NCBI GenBank assembly: GCA_973895155.1 | Contig: OZ316893.1 | Location: 12,540,359-12,604,358 of the forward strand | Direction of reading: 5' to 3' | DNA from: Marsupella aquatica | Lineage: Eukaryota; Plantae; Marchantiophyta | Length of the DNA stretch: 64,000 nucleotides | Shown here: positions 36,536-59,200 of the stretch, one piece after another | Layout: every line of letters starts with the position of its first letter | Position numbering within the stretch: the stretch's first letter is position 1 | The notes under the pieces: generated by a model | The model's database searches: none | Told to the model about the DNA's origin: nothing | Seen by the model: only the letters and a program-made list of their open reading frames with translations | Program-made: the position numbers and the translations under genes

Positions 36536-39500
36536 ATAAATCTGTACAATCATAAAGGAAATGCTTTCATGTATTTGACATTTAGTGTCCATATTTTGAT
36601 GTATAGCGAAGGTTGCTCGGCGCATTTTTTTGTTACAGTTAGAGTTAGAAAGCTAATCCTTGTAATATTAGGGGATTGACCTGCACGGAATGTTCCTATC
36701 CACGTGCATTTATACACGGTAGTCTCGAAATTCCGCATCCAGGAACGATGAGTGGTTTTGTGGAACCAGTCACGGTTTTTCGGTTGGAACGCTAGCTGCG
36801 GGAATCTGGTATTTCACTGGTCAGTCGCTTACTGTGGGGATCCCCACGATCCGAGTTCGTTCAAGTAACGATTCTCTTCTAGAGACTCACTGGGATCGGA
36901 GTACTCGGGCCTACTGAGATGCGAGAGAACTCCGAGGGAGAATTTTTTCAGACGTAACTTTTTTTCGTCTCGCACGGTGAGCAGTCCTTTGCTGAACGAA
37001 ACGAGGATTTAGACTACAATATGCACAGCTTGTTGGCATGCATAGGAAGATATATGACAGTTGTTATCTTTGGCAAGTATCTTTGCCCATAGGTTTCCTG
37101 GCAGAACTCAACAGATCCCAATATCGTTACAGCTAGCAATCGGCTCGAAATCAGCAGTGCATTTGAATAATTTCCGCCTGTAGACCTGTCATGGATTGCC
37201 TTTTCAAGTTTGGTACGTTCCTGTTGCATGCATGCACTCCCAATCGATTCTTCTTTGACTCTCGAGCATTATTTCCATCCCCGGTTTTTATGATGAAACA
37301 CTTGCAGACAGGTGTCAATAATCAATTGAGGACAGCCTCTTCGAATCCTTCGCTTGAAGGACGTAGAGAGGAGAGCGTGCTCTGGGTAGCGTGTCCATAT
37401 GTAATTTTCCTTTTACAGTTTGCTTGAAAGGGAACAAACGTATTTCCAAATTTGACAGTTACAGAATTGGAGCTCACTGATAATGACTGCGTCTGGTTTG
37501 GGTTCCGGGATTTCCCTGAAGTTCGATCTGGGAAGAACTGAAACAGAAACTCTTAACTATTGTGAGACTAGGTGCCTTTTCGGCAATGAAGCTCGTCAGG
37601 GCTGAATGATCTTCAAGTAGCTCAAATATAACAATGGTTACTCCTGTCTGGATGGTCGACCAGAGTGTCATCATAGCTTTATTGAAATTTCAACAAGAAG
37701 CCTTTCAAGTATTCCACCTCCTTTTGTATTTATATTCCACTGATTAAGAGCCATACCAGGGAGTCTCATAAAACAAAAAAAACTGGCACCTCACTGGAGG
37801 CCGATGAGTCCGGAGAGTCCGGAGCACCGCAACAAGGTACAGACGACCAATTATTTGTGGTCTCACGATACACTGAATGCTATTGTGTTTACTGTGAAAT
37901 CCGGGTCTCTTCTGTTTACTGTGAAATCCGGGCCTCTTCTTTTCCTGTGAGTTTGCTTTTTTCCCCGTTTTTTCTTCCTCTCCCCCTCTTCTCAGTTCTT
38001 TGTCCGTTTCCGTCTGACAGACATAGTCCGGAGGCAAAGATAAAAAGTCCGGCTTTGGGGCCGCCCTTCGGCGGACCCAGAGAGCGCAGATACTGAAACT
38101 GACTCGGCGAAGACAGTAGGTCGAAATCCATGAGAACACGGAAGAGAAGATGTTGTTGTTGACAACACAGCATATATTTTTTCCTTTCCCTACCTCATAA
38201 GGTACCTTTCTGAAATCGGGGCCTCTTCCTGTCCCGGGTGTGACTGGTCTGTCCTCACAATAGGTGCACAACAAGTCATGATTGTTATCCCAAGGCGCAA
38301 AAAAATGGAAGTATTTGAGATGCCCTCCTACAAAACAAAAGAGGTGCTTTGCAAATGATGACGTCGAATCTGTTCGTTGTCGAGGTTCTTTGTCTTCGAT
38401 TTCGATAATGATGATAGCATGCGGGAGCATGCCAAGAAACCTACGGAGGCCCACGCCTTTGCAGAGTACTTTGAAACCCTAGCCTGGTTCTGATTTCTCA
38501 CGATGAGGTGCTCTCTACACTCGCGAAAGCTTCCAATACAGCTTACTCTGTGGGGGTGCATGAGCGGCTGGTGGTCGTCCGCAGGGGCCACTAATTGTGA
38601 CTGTTTTGCAAAATGGGGCGCCTCGGATTCGGGCTCGGGTGGGTTAGCACACGGGGTGGTTAAATCCGGGCAGGGTGTAAGCTCATATATAAAATATTCA
38701 CGAAATGTATCTTGGGATACCTAAATTGTTTTATTACCTCTTATAGGCGTTTTAGCCAGCCGGTGAGTAAGAAACACCTTGTGGATATATTTGACACAAT
38801 TATGGAGTTGACGTACTGGAAGTCCCGGACTCGGCTGCCATGATATTGCTTGTTTGAGCTACGGACCTGCGAAACAAGGGTAAGATCTATATATAGCTCG
38901 TTCGATATAGTCAGTTAAGATAGAAGTTTATTTTAATACCATGGCTGTTTTGAACACATTACGATCCGAATTCTGGACCTATCCTGGAAGGCGTATATGC
39001 ATGATCGTTAGAGCGAGTGGGTCCCCACGTAATTAATGGAACGCTGCGGGGCGTGCGATTTTAGCTGCGCAAACCTCTATGCCAGCGATAATACAAATGA
39101 AATAGATGCATTCCACAGATTTCAGGCTATACAGACTGAATTCTACCTTATATTTACCCTTTCGGAAAGTCATGCTTGAACACTATAAAAGTGGAAGTGA
39201 AGTATGTCGTCAATATGTGTCAGTTTGGGTTACAGATTGTCAAATATATATATGAAGTTCATGTACAGTCACGGGACGTCAGCTATGAGCGCGCCTCACC
39301 TATACTATTGAACATGATCCTTAATTTGATCGAATCTAAATCAGGTGTAGGGACTTCCTTTTGGATGTTCGAAATCTTCATGAATTGTGAGCCATCACTC
39401 TTGCGGGTCAGCAGTCGTTTCAATTTCAGATAATATGTATATAACTACTTGTGCATGCTCCATTCTGGAATTCGATCAACACTCCGAGTGTGTCTGCTGC

Positions 39501-41311
39501 CGGTCAGTTACCACTAGAAATGAATTGCAAGGTGTACAACCTCGGGGGATTTTAGTTGTCGGAAACTTGATGCTGCCAGGCCATTGATTGCATGTGCTGC
39601 AGTGTATAGCTGACAGACATTTACACACGTTGGTTCTACCATCAATTTTCGAGGTACTGCAGTCCCTTGAGCTTCAAGCCCAACTATAGATTCTGTGATT
39701 GGAAATCTTCGTATCTTAAGTGCTTAGTCGACCCCTAGCTCCCAATTGCGCCCACGGGGAAGGTAGAGAAATGATTAGTGAAGGAGGAGGGTTTGCCTTC
39801 CTTGGAATATAGGAGACGATGCCATCGCTCAGTCAGGGTTCTAGCTCGCTCCTCAATCTTGCAAGATCCAAACCTGCTCAAATGATTTCTAAATGGAGAA
39901 ATCATATCATGATAAGAAGTACTTATTCAACAAGGCCGGTCCCATTAACGATCGGGTCTGTGATAGAACTCCGCAGCAGTAATATTCATAACAGTTCCAT
40001 AGTTACACACAGTGCGACAAGCGGGGCGACAAGATGAAAACACGACTAAAAGACCTGTAATTTTTAAGCGGAAGAGTTACAATCGTATACCATGACAGGG
40101 TGGACAATTGGAAACCTTGCCAGATGGTGACACTGAGACATTCCCAACACGTGGCATACTAAGACAGTCTATATGAATATACGTGACCGATCTCCTACCA
40201 AAGGTTTGGCAATCTTAAACGGCTACGGATTGAATCATATGTACAGTGAGGATCCTTTACCCCAGGAACAACTGTCAGTCCTTTACTGAAGCTTTTGCTT
40301 CCAAGGACCATGACATTCGCAAACTTAGGAATCCGAAGGTACTCAAGGGCCAGGCAGATACCTAGATATAACCTCGTCATGATAGATCGAGCCATCGACA
40401 GGTAGTTCGTAGTATATATCGGAAGATGACTGTCCCAATAGCATTTGTGTACGTTTGACCTCGTCGAAGACTGTCCATAACACTTTAACGATTACATTTG
40501 GCAGTTCTTCAGGCCTAAATTTTAAAAGTTATATCCTAGTCTATCGAAAACTTAGTTTTCATACCACTTATACGGTCCATTCGATAATTCTGTTGTCCTG
40601 CAACTGAGTCTGCCAACACAGCAAAGAGGCCACTACCTAGCCTCCTAACTTTGTTGTTATTGTACTCTGGAAATGGCAGTTTCTAGAAAGTTGAAGTCAA
40701 ATATGTCGTCAAATATATGTCAGTTTGGGTTACAGATTGTCCCTTCCATAGCTTGAAAGCGACTGGTCCAGTTTACCTACATTGCACCATTTGAATCCTG
40801 TCCACAATTAATCGTCTACTAAATATATCACTTCCTGCATGTATATCTGGCCGGTGTCGTATCTGCTAGGAAATCGCATTTCTGCTAGGATGTGCATACC
40901 TGCTAGGAAGTTTTTATTTCGGGCCGATGATCAACCTTCTTCAGCTATCCAAGTACTTGCATTAACCTCCATCTCCAATAGAAATGTTGAACCTCGTTTG
41001 GAATTCATTTGAGTGGAGCATTTTCAAATTAACTACACTGAAGATTGAGCAGAATGTCTAACTCAGGCTGAACCAAACTCCTCAATGACATGACCACTCT
41101 AGGATCGATCTGTCGATCAAGGTTCATGCTGAAGCAACTTCAAAGTTTGGAAGAGCTACCACTTGGGACATCCGTATCTTCAAGAGCCTGCTACAGCTTC
41201 CAACACTAGTGGACCGTCATCTGGGCTGCATCTCAATTAAATCTCTCTACTTGAACCTGCTAGCTACAGCTTGCGACAACAGTGCTAGTAGGCTGGATCG
41301 ATCTCATTTTA

Positions 41312-41434
41312 TTTCTTTCGAAGCTGTAAGGGTCGAATAAAAACAACCTAGTATCGACTATTCTAGAATGATTTTAATTCTTTCGAAGCTGTACGGGTCG
41401 AATAAACACAACTTAGTATCGACTATTATAGAAT
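41312..41434. repeat. ~65-bp tandem duplication
   Basis: TTCTTTCGAAGCTGTA.GGGTCGAATAAA.ACAAC.TAGTATCGACTATT.TAGAATG occurs twice. Confidence 0.85.
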
Positions 41435-44355
41435 GGAAAGTTTCCATTCATTCGAGCGTCTCGGGGTCTTGCAGTGGTACATATATCAGTAAGTTGCCTG
41501 CTTGAAATGAGAATCGAAGTTCAGCAACTTCGATTCACGATTTTGAGTGATGCCCTGTCTTTGGCGAGTGGTTGCTCACCAAGTCAGTGGATGCAAGGAT
41601 TTGCGTAATTTCTAAAATCATGATCGATCGTGGAAGAGCTTATGCGGGATTTTGATCGAATGAGAGTACAGGCAAGGAAATGCTATCGTACGATCGTCTG
41701 ATGAAGTTGCTTCGATTTATCTTAATTGGGACAAATTTCGTTGACGAAAGTAGAAGCTGTTGCCCAGCGCTGATGAGGCATGCAGTATGTACGAGGAAAG
41801 CTAAGAGACATGAAGGCAAGCATGAGTAGTCAATGAACTCCTGGAGAATCCGCCGAAATACTGCTTCAGCTGGACAGGTGTGTTATCTGTAGGAGTACGT
41901 CTAGATAATATTACCATATTAGACCGATTTCACACCCACGTTGAACTCACGTCTGAAGAACAATCACTGTATTGTTTCCCTCCGTGCGCACGTTTTTCCT
42001 TCGGGGAACAAAGGGGGTTTAGAGACGAGTTTGACGACCGGTACGTCTAAACCGGTGAACAAAATATTCACTCCGACACCATTTCCGAATTTGAACTTTA
42101 ATTATTAAGATTTGTGTTCTCCAAGCGAGTACTGCATCCAGGTTGTAGAATCCTGTCAATTCTACGTCAGTTCACTAAGTTGCAGTCGGCCAGTGTTGGG
42201 TGTTCCCGACGTTCGCCCAATCCTATCTAACGAGCCGCTGAAACGTCCATACCCGAACAGAGACTTTTTAGAGCGTCATGATCATGACCTTGTTCTTTGC
42301 TTGTGAAAAGCTTGTATACGCATATCACTTTAGCCGCAGTGATTGTTGGGAGTGGACCAATGCTTCATAAAAATTATGCTGAGAATATTGACATTTAGTG
42401 CAAATCCGGATCGATGTTCTCGCTGAACAGAACGAGAATCCTTTTCATTTTTCGTGTCTAAGTCCCTTCGTGCCTAAGTCCCGATCTATTCGATTTCTCC
42501 CGGGTGTCGATCAACGTCTCTAGGCTACCTCCACAACTTCAGGAGTTTACCCTGCTTGCGAATGATAGAGTTCTCTTCACAATATCACAGGCATCAACTC
42601 CGTGACGTGAGCTAGCGGAGAAAATTAATGAGGTTGGACAGGTGTTTAAGAACAAAGCTCGCAATGGAGAAAACGGCGTACCTCGCTCCGGCGCGCGTCC
42701 CGCTATTGCAAGGTCGAATGACGTCTCGACATATGGTACTCGTTGTGGACCAAGTGTACTATTCTGTCTCAGGTTAGCGTCTGGCACAGCTTCCACTGGC
42801 CTCCATGAGTTCGATCAAACAGAGCTGTGCAGCATTTCGTGCGAGGAGAATTCTGCTCTCCTGGCGATCGCCATAGTGCGATCACAACTCGCAAAGGGAC
42901 TCCCGTGACAGCACTCCCGTGAGCTGTTCCCGTGCACAAACTTGCCCGTGCAACACTAGGCGAGCTGATTGGCCCGAGTTTAGGACCTTGGCCTACTGTA
43001 TAGTGTACAAAGGGGTCATGGGTAAAAAGCGTTTCCGCGGTACAGAGCAGTTCCCGACCACGTTTCGGGCAAGACGTGTCGACCGGGCGCCTCACGGTAC
43101 CTTGTTCTCATATTGATACCTATCACGTGGACGACCACTACCAAGATCCCGTTGGCGTTCTGTTCCCACTGTTCCAAACTACTGGAAGACCCAGCTCCGC
43201 CAGCTCGGGCCAATGAGAACTGCTCCACTCGGTACGGCTTTGAGTTGAGAGTCTCAGCTTCCCTCTCGGCTCTGGACGTACGTCGATGATTGCTCGAGTC
43301 CTCGACCACAGATGGTGGCAGTGTTCGACTGCACCGGGCTTCTCACACCTCTCAAATCGACGAAGGTTTCACGAGAGTCGGGTTCCTGTCCTTGGAGTCT
43401 CGATCCTCTCTGTGGCCCTCGATGATGTACCCTGATTACTATTTTATTGTTATCTCAAAACTACTCTTTCGACGCAGTGTAGAAAATAGCTGGACCACGC
43501 ACGACATTATCTGATGGCGGCGTAGGCCAGACGCTGTGGGGGAAGTCGACATAGGGCTTGACGATATATCAGCTTCGAACCGGTATGGCAGTGGTTTCAC
43601 CAAATCCAGGGCGGGCAGTATTTTCGGTTGGTACTCCAAGCGAGAGGCTTTCGAAGGTAGCAACTCAAGATTTGCTGGCGAAATGAATGATTTTCAATCA
43701 AAACCCGAAAATCGAGTACTATAAATTGTCGCGCCGACACATACACATAGGATTGACTTATGAAACGCTGGTTCATATGTGGGGCAGTGTTGTGAACTCA
43801 AAGTTGTCACATTCTGCTCCAGGAGATCTGCCCGTGATTTGAAGCCAAGCAGATCCCTAGCCTAACGGAGAGAACGCTCAACTCATCCTGGATCCGTGTC
43901 TAAATAACTCAACTGAGCCGGATTTGGCCATATTACGTGCGGACGGGCGTGCGGACAACTCTATTTGCCTACTCTTTGCCTTCAATCATACGAAAGGGAG
44001 GCAACTAAGTAAGTCGGACAATTTCTGCAAAATACCTCTTGATCACTTGGCCAAGCCTGAGGACCGAGGATTATTGCAAGTGCTTCGAGCAACCGATGTA
44101 CCAAGCTTTATGGGTGGACTTGAATACACCCATAAATCTTTGAAGTCCTCACTCGGTTGGCTAACCATAACGCGTCTAGTAAATGCTAGGCCATCAGTCC
44201 AAACGATTTCACTTCTTAATGTATCTTTCTTTGGACCTAGCTGCGCTCCCGTCGACACATGCCTCACTAGCTAAATGTGGTTCTTAGCTTACTGAAGCTA
44301 GCTTACAATGGCGTGTACATAGCGTATTTTATTGCAGAATCCTGAGTGAAAGAGA

Positions 44356-54617
<10,262 letters not shown>

Positions 54618-55416
54618 GTAGCATGCTTGAATTTAGATTAAAGATTGGACGTTCTAGCTAGGAGACATGGACATCGCACGATGTGCAATACAGATGAAAA
54701 TTTCCCTCAGGTTTTGTTTTTTCTATAGTCGGAAAGTTGATGAACTCCCATGATTTCCTTACGTCGTGGTCCAGCCTCGTGGGAGGACAGACATGTAGAT
54801 GCATACACAAACCCCGGTTAACGAGTCAAAACATTCTACTAGCTAGAACCTCTGAGGTAAAGCTTATGTTTGCTATTGCTTTTAAAATTCTCGTGAAACA
54901 CGTTATTCCATGATTAACAATGGACTGTAATTATCGCATTTGGAATTTGATAGACACGTTATTCCTTTTTTGATTCCAATTGCAGGTTTTGATGAATGGT
55001 CTACTATGTCTAGCATGGAATCGGATGAAGAATGGCCATATGCTAACTTGATTTCCAATTAGCTAGGCTGGCACTAAGGATTATAGGATGACGAGGAATT
55101 CGTTATAATTTCAGTTAAAAAGTTGGAGTCACATTTTGATTCGAAGTTCTGTTGTTAGCTCGACCTGTTTACTAACAGCAAAAAATGACTTGGAGTGATC
55201 GAGGTACTCATCTTGTTTCTTAACTTCGCCGAAAGCTCGAAAGCAATACCAAATCAATTTGTTGCTGACTGTGAGCTAGGATTTGTGTATGCATGTACAT
55301 GTTTGTCGTCCCGAACAACTCTAGCAAGCTGCTCCACGGCCCAAGCATGGAGGCAAGGGTAAGCTGAGATGTCTCTGTAAATCGCAGCTCAGACGGTTCA
55401 CATCTCACTTGGTCTG

Positions 55417-55489
55417 TCACGTGACCCGTTCAAAGGGGTCACTGAGCATTCACGTGACCCATTCAAAGGGGTCACTAAGCAGTCACGTG
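55417..55489. repeat. 33-bp tandem repeat (2.2 copies), each unit with an internal hairpin and a CACGTG
   Basis: TCACGTGACCCRTTCAAAGGGGTCACTRAGCAK at 55417 and 55450. GTGACCC pairs with GGGTCAC. Confidence 0.9.
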
Positions 55490-55756
55490 TCCGCAGAACA
55501 GGGACCCTTTGAGACTGGTTCTGCTGTACATTATAATAGCATATTTAGTTTCCGCCGCACGATGCGATTGCTGCTGAGATCGGACCGTACAGCTGTGCCT
55601 TTTCGATATTGTCACGCCGCAGATCGAGGTGCTCAGTGGACATGAAAGTATGAAACCTCGCTTCCTCGCCGTCGGTGACGTAATCTTGGTCTATAGTCCA
55701 TGTTACCGTCTGGTGAAAGGATCTGGCGGACCTCACCATTTGCATAATGTTGGTGG

Positions 55757-55888
55757 CTGACACAACCACTTTCTTGTGAGTTTACTGCCTGACACCGTAA
55801 GTTTGCTTTCTGACACTATAAGTTTGCTTCCTGACAGCATAATTTTGAGTCCTGACAAAATGTCTTTGTGTAAATTTACATCCTGACA
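55757..55888 (+). repeat. Subterminal array of six CTGACA motifs on a 21-bp period
   Basis: CTGACA starts at 55757, 55789, 55810, 55831, 55852 and 55883. Confidence 0.85.
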
Positions 55889-56123
55889 CAATATCTTTCA
55901 ATTTTGAAAGGTGCAGCCAGCGCATGGAAGTAGGTGGCATCAGTCAATGAATAGTGGACAACAAGTACGACAGATTTTGTGAGACTCATGCCCAATGAAA
56001 GTAACATTTTTTGAAGAAATTTTCACTTTATTTGTAGGCCTCATTGCTACACTTTAAATTGTAGTGACATGTCATACATGACTCATCTGTCTGGCCTATT
56101 ATAGTAGATAGGAACTGAAAACG

Positions 56124-56248
56124 TACGCAGATTCATGATCTGTCTACTGAGCTAATCCTAAAGTTTTATTGCCAAATCTATCAAACCTACGCAGATTCAT
56201 GATCTGTCTATTGAGCTAATCCTAAAGTTTTATTGTCAAAACTATCAT
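56124..56248. repeat. 64-bp tandem duplication downstream of the recombinase stop codon
   Basis: TACGCAGATTCATGATCTGTCTAYTGAGCTAATCCTAAAGTTTTATTGYCAAA.CTATCA occurs twice. Confidence 0.9.
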
Positions 56249-56278
56249 ATCTGACTTCTTCACTGCCAAAGTCTAAAT

Positions 56279-59200
56279 TCATAATGTCATATTCTCCTTC
56301 TCCTCCTCCTCCTTAGTAGGCTGCACAATCTTGATTGTGACGGAACAATTGTGAAATTGGTTCCCTGTCAAGCTGTTCTTCACAGACACGTTAGGCCTTT
56401 TAAACGCCCTCCCGCACATTCGTTTGTAAAGGATCGGATCCTTGGCAAATTCACTCTCGTAGTCAAAACCATCATCATAGTAAGGAATTTCTGACTCGTC
56501 CCTCTTTGCCTGCAACACCTTCACAGCATTTGAGTTTGACTGTTGAGAATAGCCAAAAGTACAAAATTAATTAATAAGCTCTACGGGGCAATTTCATTCG
56601 GGTCACATACTCTCCCTCTGCACCTGCCTTACTTTATTCTTTGGACTTCAAAAATGGTTGTCGTAGTTTTACGAGGCTACCCGGGGCGAGCAAGGCAAAA
56701 TCTTACCCTAATTTTATAATTTTCACACAACTGTCACTATGACTTCGATTGCACAATCCCAGCCAAGTCGATCACAATTTAGGGGCTTGGTTCAGAATAA
56801 GGACGTAATAGCACACACGATCTTTTGAAGAGCTGAGGAAAGAAAGACACAAAAAAGAAGAAACATGGAAGTCAATTACAAGTAGGTCAATCCGAAAACA
56901 AAATCTACTTGAAATCACTAGATGATTACGGCAGATATTATAGCTGAGACATGTATGATTATTGAGACAACAAAAAAAATCTCCGCTCGACGCGATGCAC
57001 TGGGAACCAAGCTAATCAAAATCACCAGACTACTGCAAGGCAGACTCCTGAAAGGTAATATGAAAGGAAGAACGGAAGGACCCGGACTACCGAGCTCCAA
57101 TCCACACCACCAAATCCTTCCAATTAAAGGAACCAAATAGACCCGTGCCTAAAACCGAACGTACAAGGAATCCTGCGCTTAAAAGCGCAATACTACACTG
57201 TCAGCAGACATGAAAACTTTGAATAGCCTTTCCCTCATGGAAACATCAGGGAACACGGTACTACTGCCGACAAAAGTTAGCTGTGAAGTCCCAGGTATCA
57301 AACTCGCCCCACTAACACGGAATAAGCTCAAAAGCGAGGCTCCATCACAGCCACCCTACAGCCCCTGCCCCGAGGAAGAACACCATCTCCTCCTATCCTT
57401 TCCAGATGAAAACGAAGCGGAGAGAAACACACCAGAAACCTAACGAGCCCTATTTTGACATGTGACAGACACTAGAGCCAGTCCGAGTCTTGATTTAGGT
57501 CACACCAGTCACCGACCTCCCATAGCGCTGTTTGCATGGACATGACCTTGAGCTCTCTCCCCTCTCCTACTCTCTTCGACCGCCAACTCTTCCCGAGACT
57601 AGGTAAAGTGGACACACACAAGAAAAAAACCACAGAGCAGATTGACCGAAGCCATAGATACACACTTTTGAAGAGCTCTTTTGACGTAAATCTTTTGAAG
57701 AGCGAAGGTGTCTTGACGGCGATGCCTCAAGACAGGCGTTTGTCTGAAATGCCAACCACACAGAGCCTCACTACTAACACCTCACCAACAACTCACCTGG
57801 TTGTTCTGTGTTATTGCCAACTCTTGCTTCTGTGGTGTGTTCGATCCCTATAATCCAAGAAGAAAAACAGATAATTATTCTGGTCAACAATTCTGGTATA
57901 GTCGGTTAGACATTGTTTTCCGGCTGAACACAAATTTACAATCAGACAATAATACATAAAGACACCTTTCCGAAAACAGAGCTGCGATGCTCTTCCCCTC
58001 TCCACTAAAACCCCTAAGGACGAACAAGACACAAAATGTACAAGTTGAAAAACTATGCGAGTCAAAAACAAGGTCGGAGACAGAGATAGAGACAGATCCT
58101 TCTGTCGCCTCGCGACGTGCCGATTTCACTTCTTGGACCGCTGAGAGATCGATGCATTCATGGAAGATCGACAATTCTTTCTTGTAGTTCAAACTTCACG
58201 AAGAATTGTAGACAGGTTATTCTTATCGAAATGAGGCGGTAGTCCGTAATTTTTCGGAAGTGATAGATTGCAAAATCCAGTACGTACTCACCTGTACTCC
58301 ATTTTGCAACGCCAATTGCATGTTGAATTTCTCACTCACCCTGTCAATCAAGGGTTTCAAAGCTGTAGAGGAACCGACTAACTCCTCCTCCACGAAAGAT
58401 TTTGACACGTGAGCTAGTGCCTGTCCATAATCCACATTCGGACTTGAGGAGACTAAGGCTGCAGCTTCCATTTTCAACTTTTGAGTTCTATCGTATCTCT
58501 TGTACCCTCCAGTACTGCGATGACCAGTTATGGCCATGCCTACCTCGTCAGGCACTCCTTTGGCAGCCATGCGCGTCACTAATGTTGCCCTCCCACTTCG
58601 GTTTGTAAAAATTTCAGGGGGCAATCCCACAAGTAACGCCATATTCTTCAGCCAACCTCCTGCAGCCCCCTTCCCAACTTTTTGACACTTATTGTACCAC
58701 ACAATGCTAACAGGGTTAGTTATAGCCTGCATAAACAAATCAGGCTTCTCTGTCTCCTCAGGGCATGGCAGATGACGCTTATATTGTGTTACTGTCATGA
58801 CAAAATCATCTTCGTAACTATGATAAACATTTCTGAATTGCTCTTCACTGTAACGATCCATGCTATAGTTGTTGTTCTTACTTAATCGCTCCTCAAATCT
58901 GCCACACGAACATCAGTAAAACTCTTAGAAAGAGTGCGCAAACCAAAGAGTGTCAGCCGCAGGTTCCATTCTCCCGTGGATAGGCTCTATTACAGGGAAG
59001 TCTCACAGGGCGGGTCTTGAGAAAGAGGAAATATAACATCAAACAATTAAACTCATTCATGGTTTCAATCGAGCACTCACTTCACATACTCCTTCCCAGA
59101 CCTATCAGTGCAGACAATAATATCATCTCTGTGTAAATTCCACAGTTCCATGCCTCCACGAATACCGAGCCTGACAAGGAAAAAAAATGCCAAACGTTTT

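Noticed and set aside
37744-38454. 236-aa minus-strand ORF
   Set aside because: Non-ATG start, runs through low-complexity and duplicated sequence, and has no recognisable motif. An orphan spliced gene here cannot be excluded but is unsupported.
42539-43663. Cluster of overlapping GC-rich minus-strand ORFs upstream of DPP3
   Set aside because: No consistent spliced frame or family motif could be assembled.
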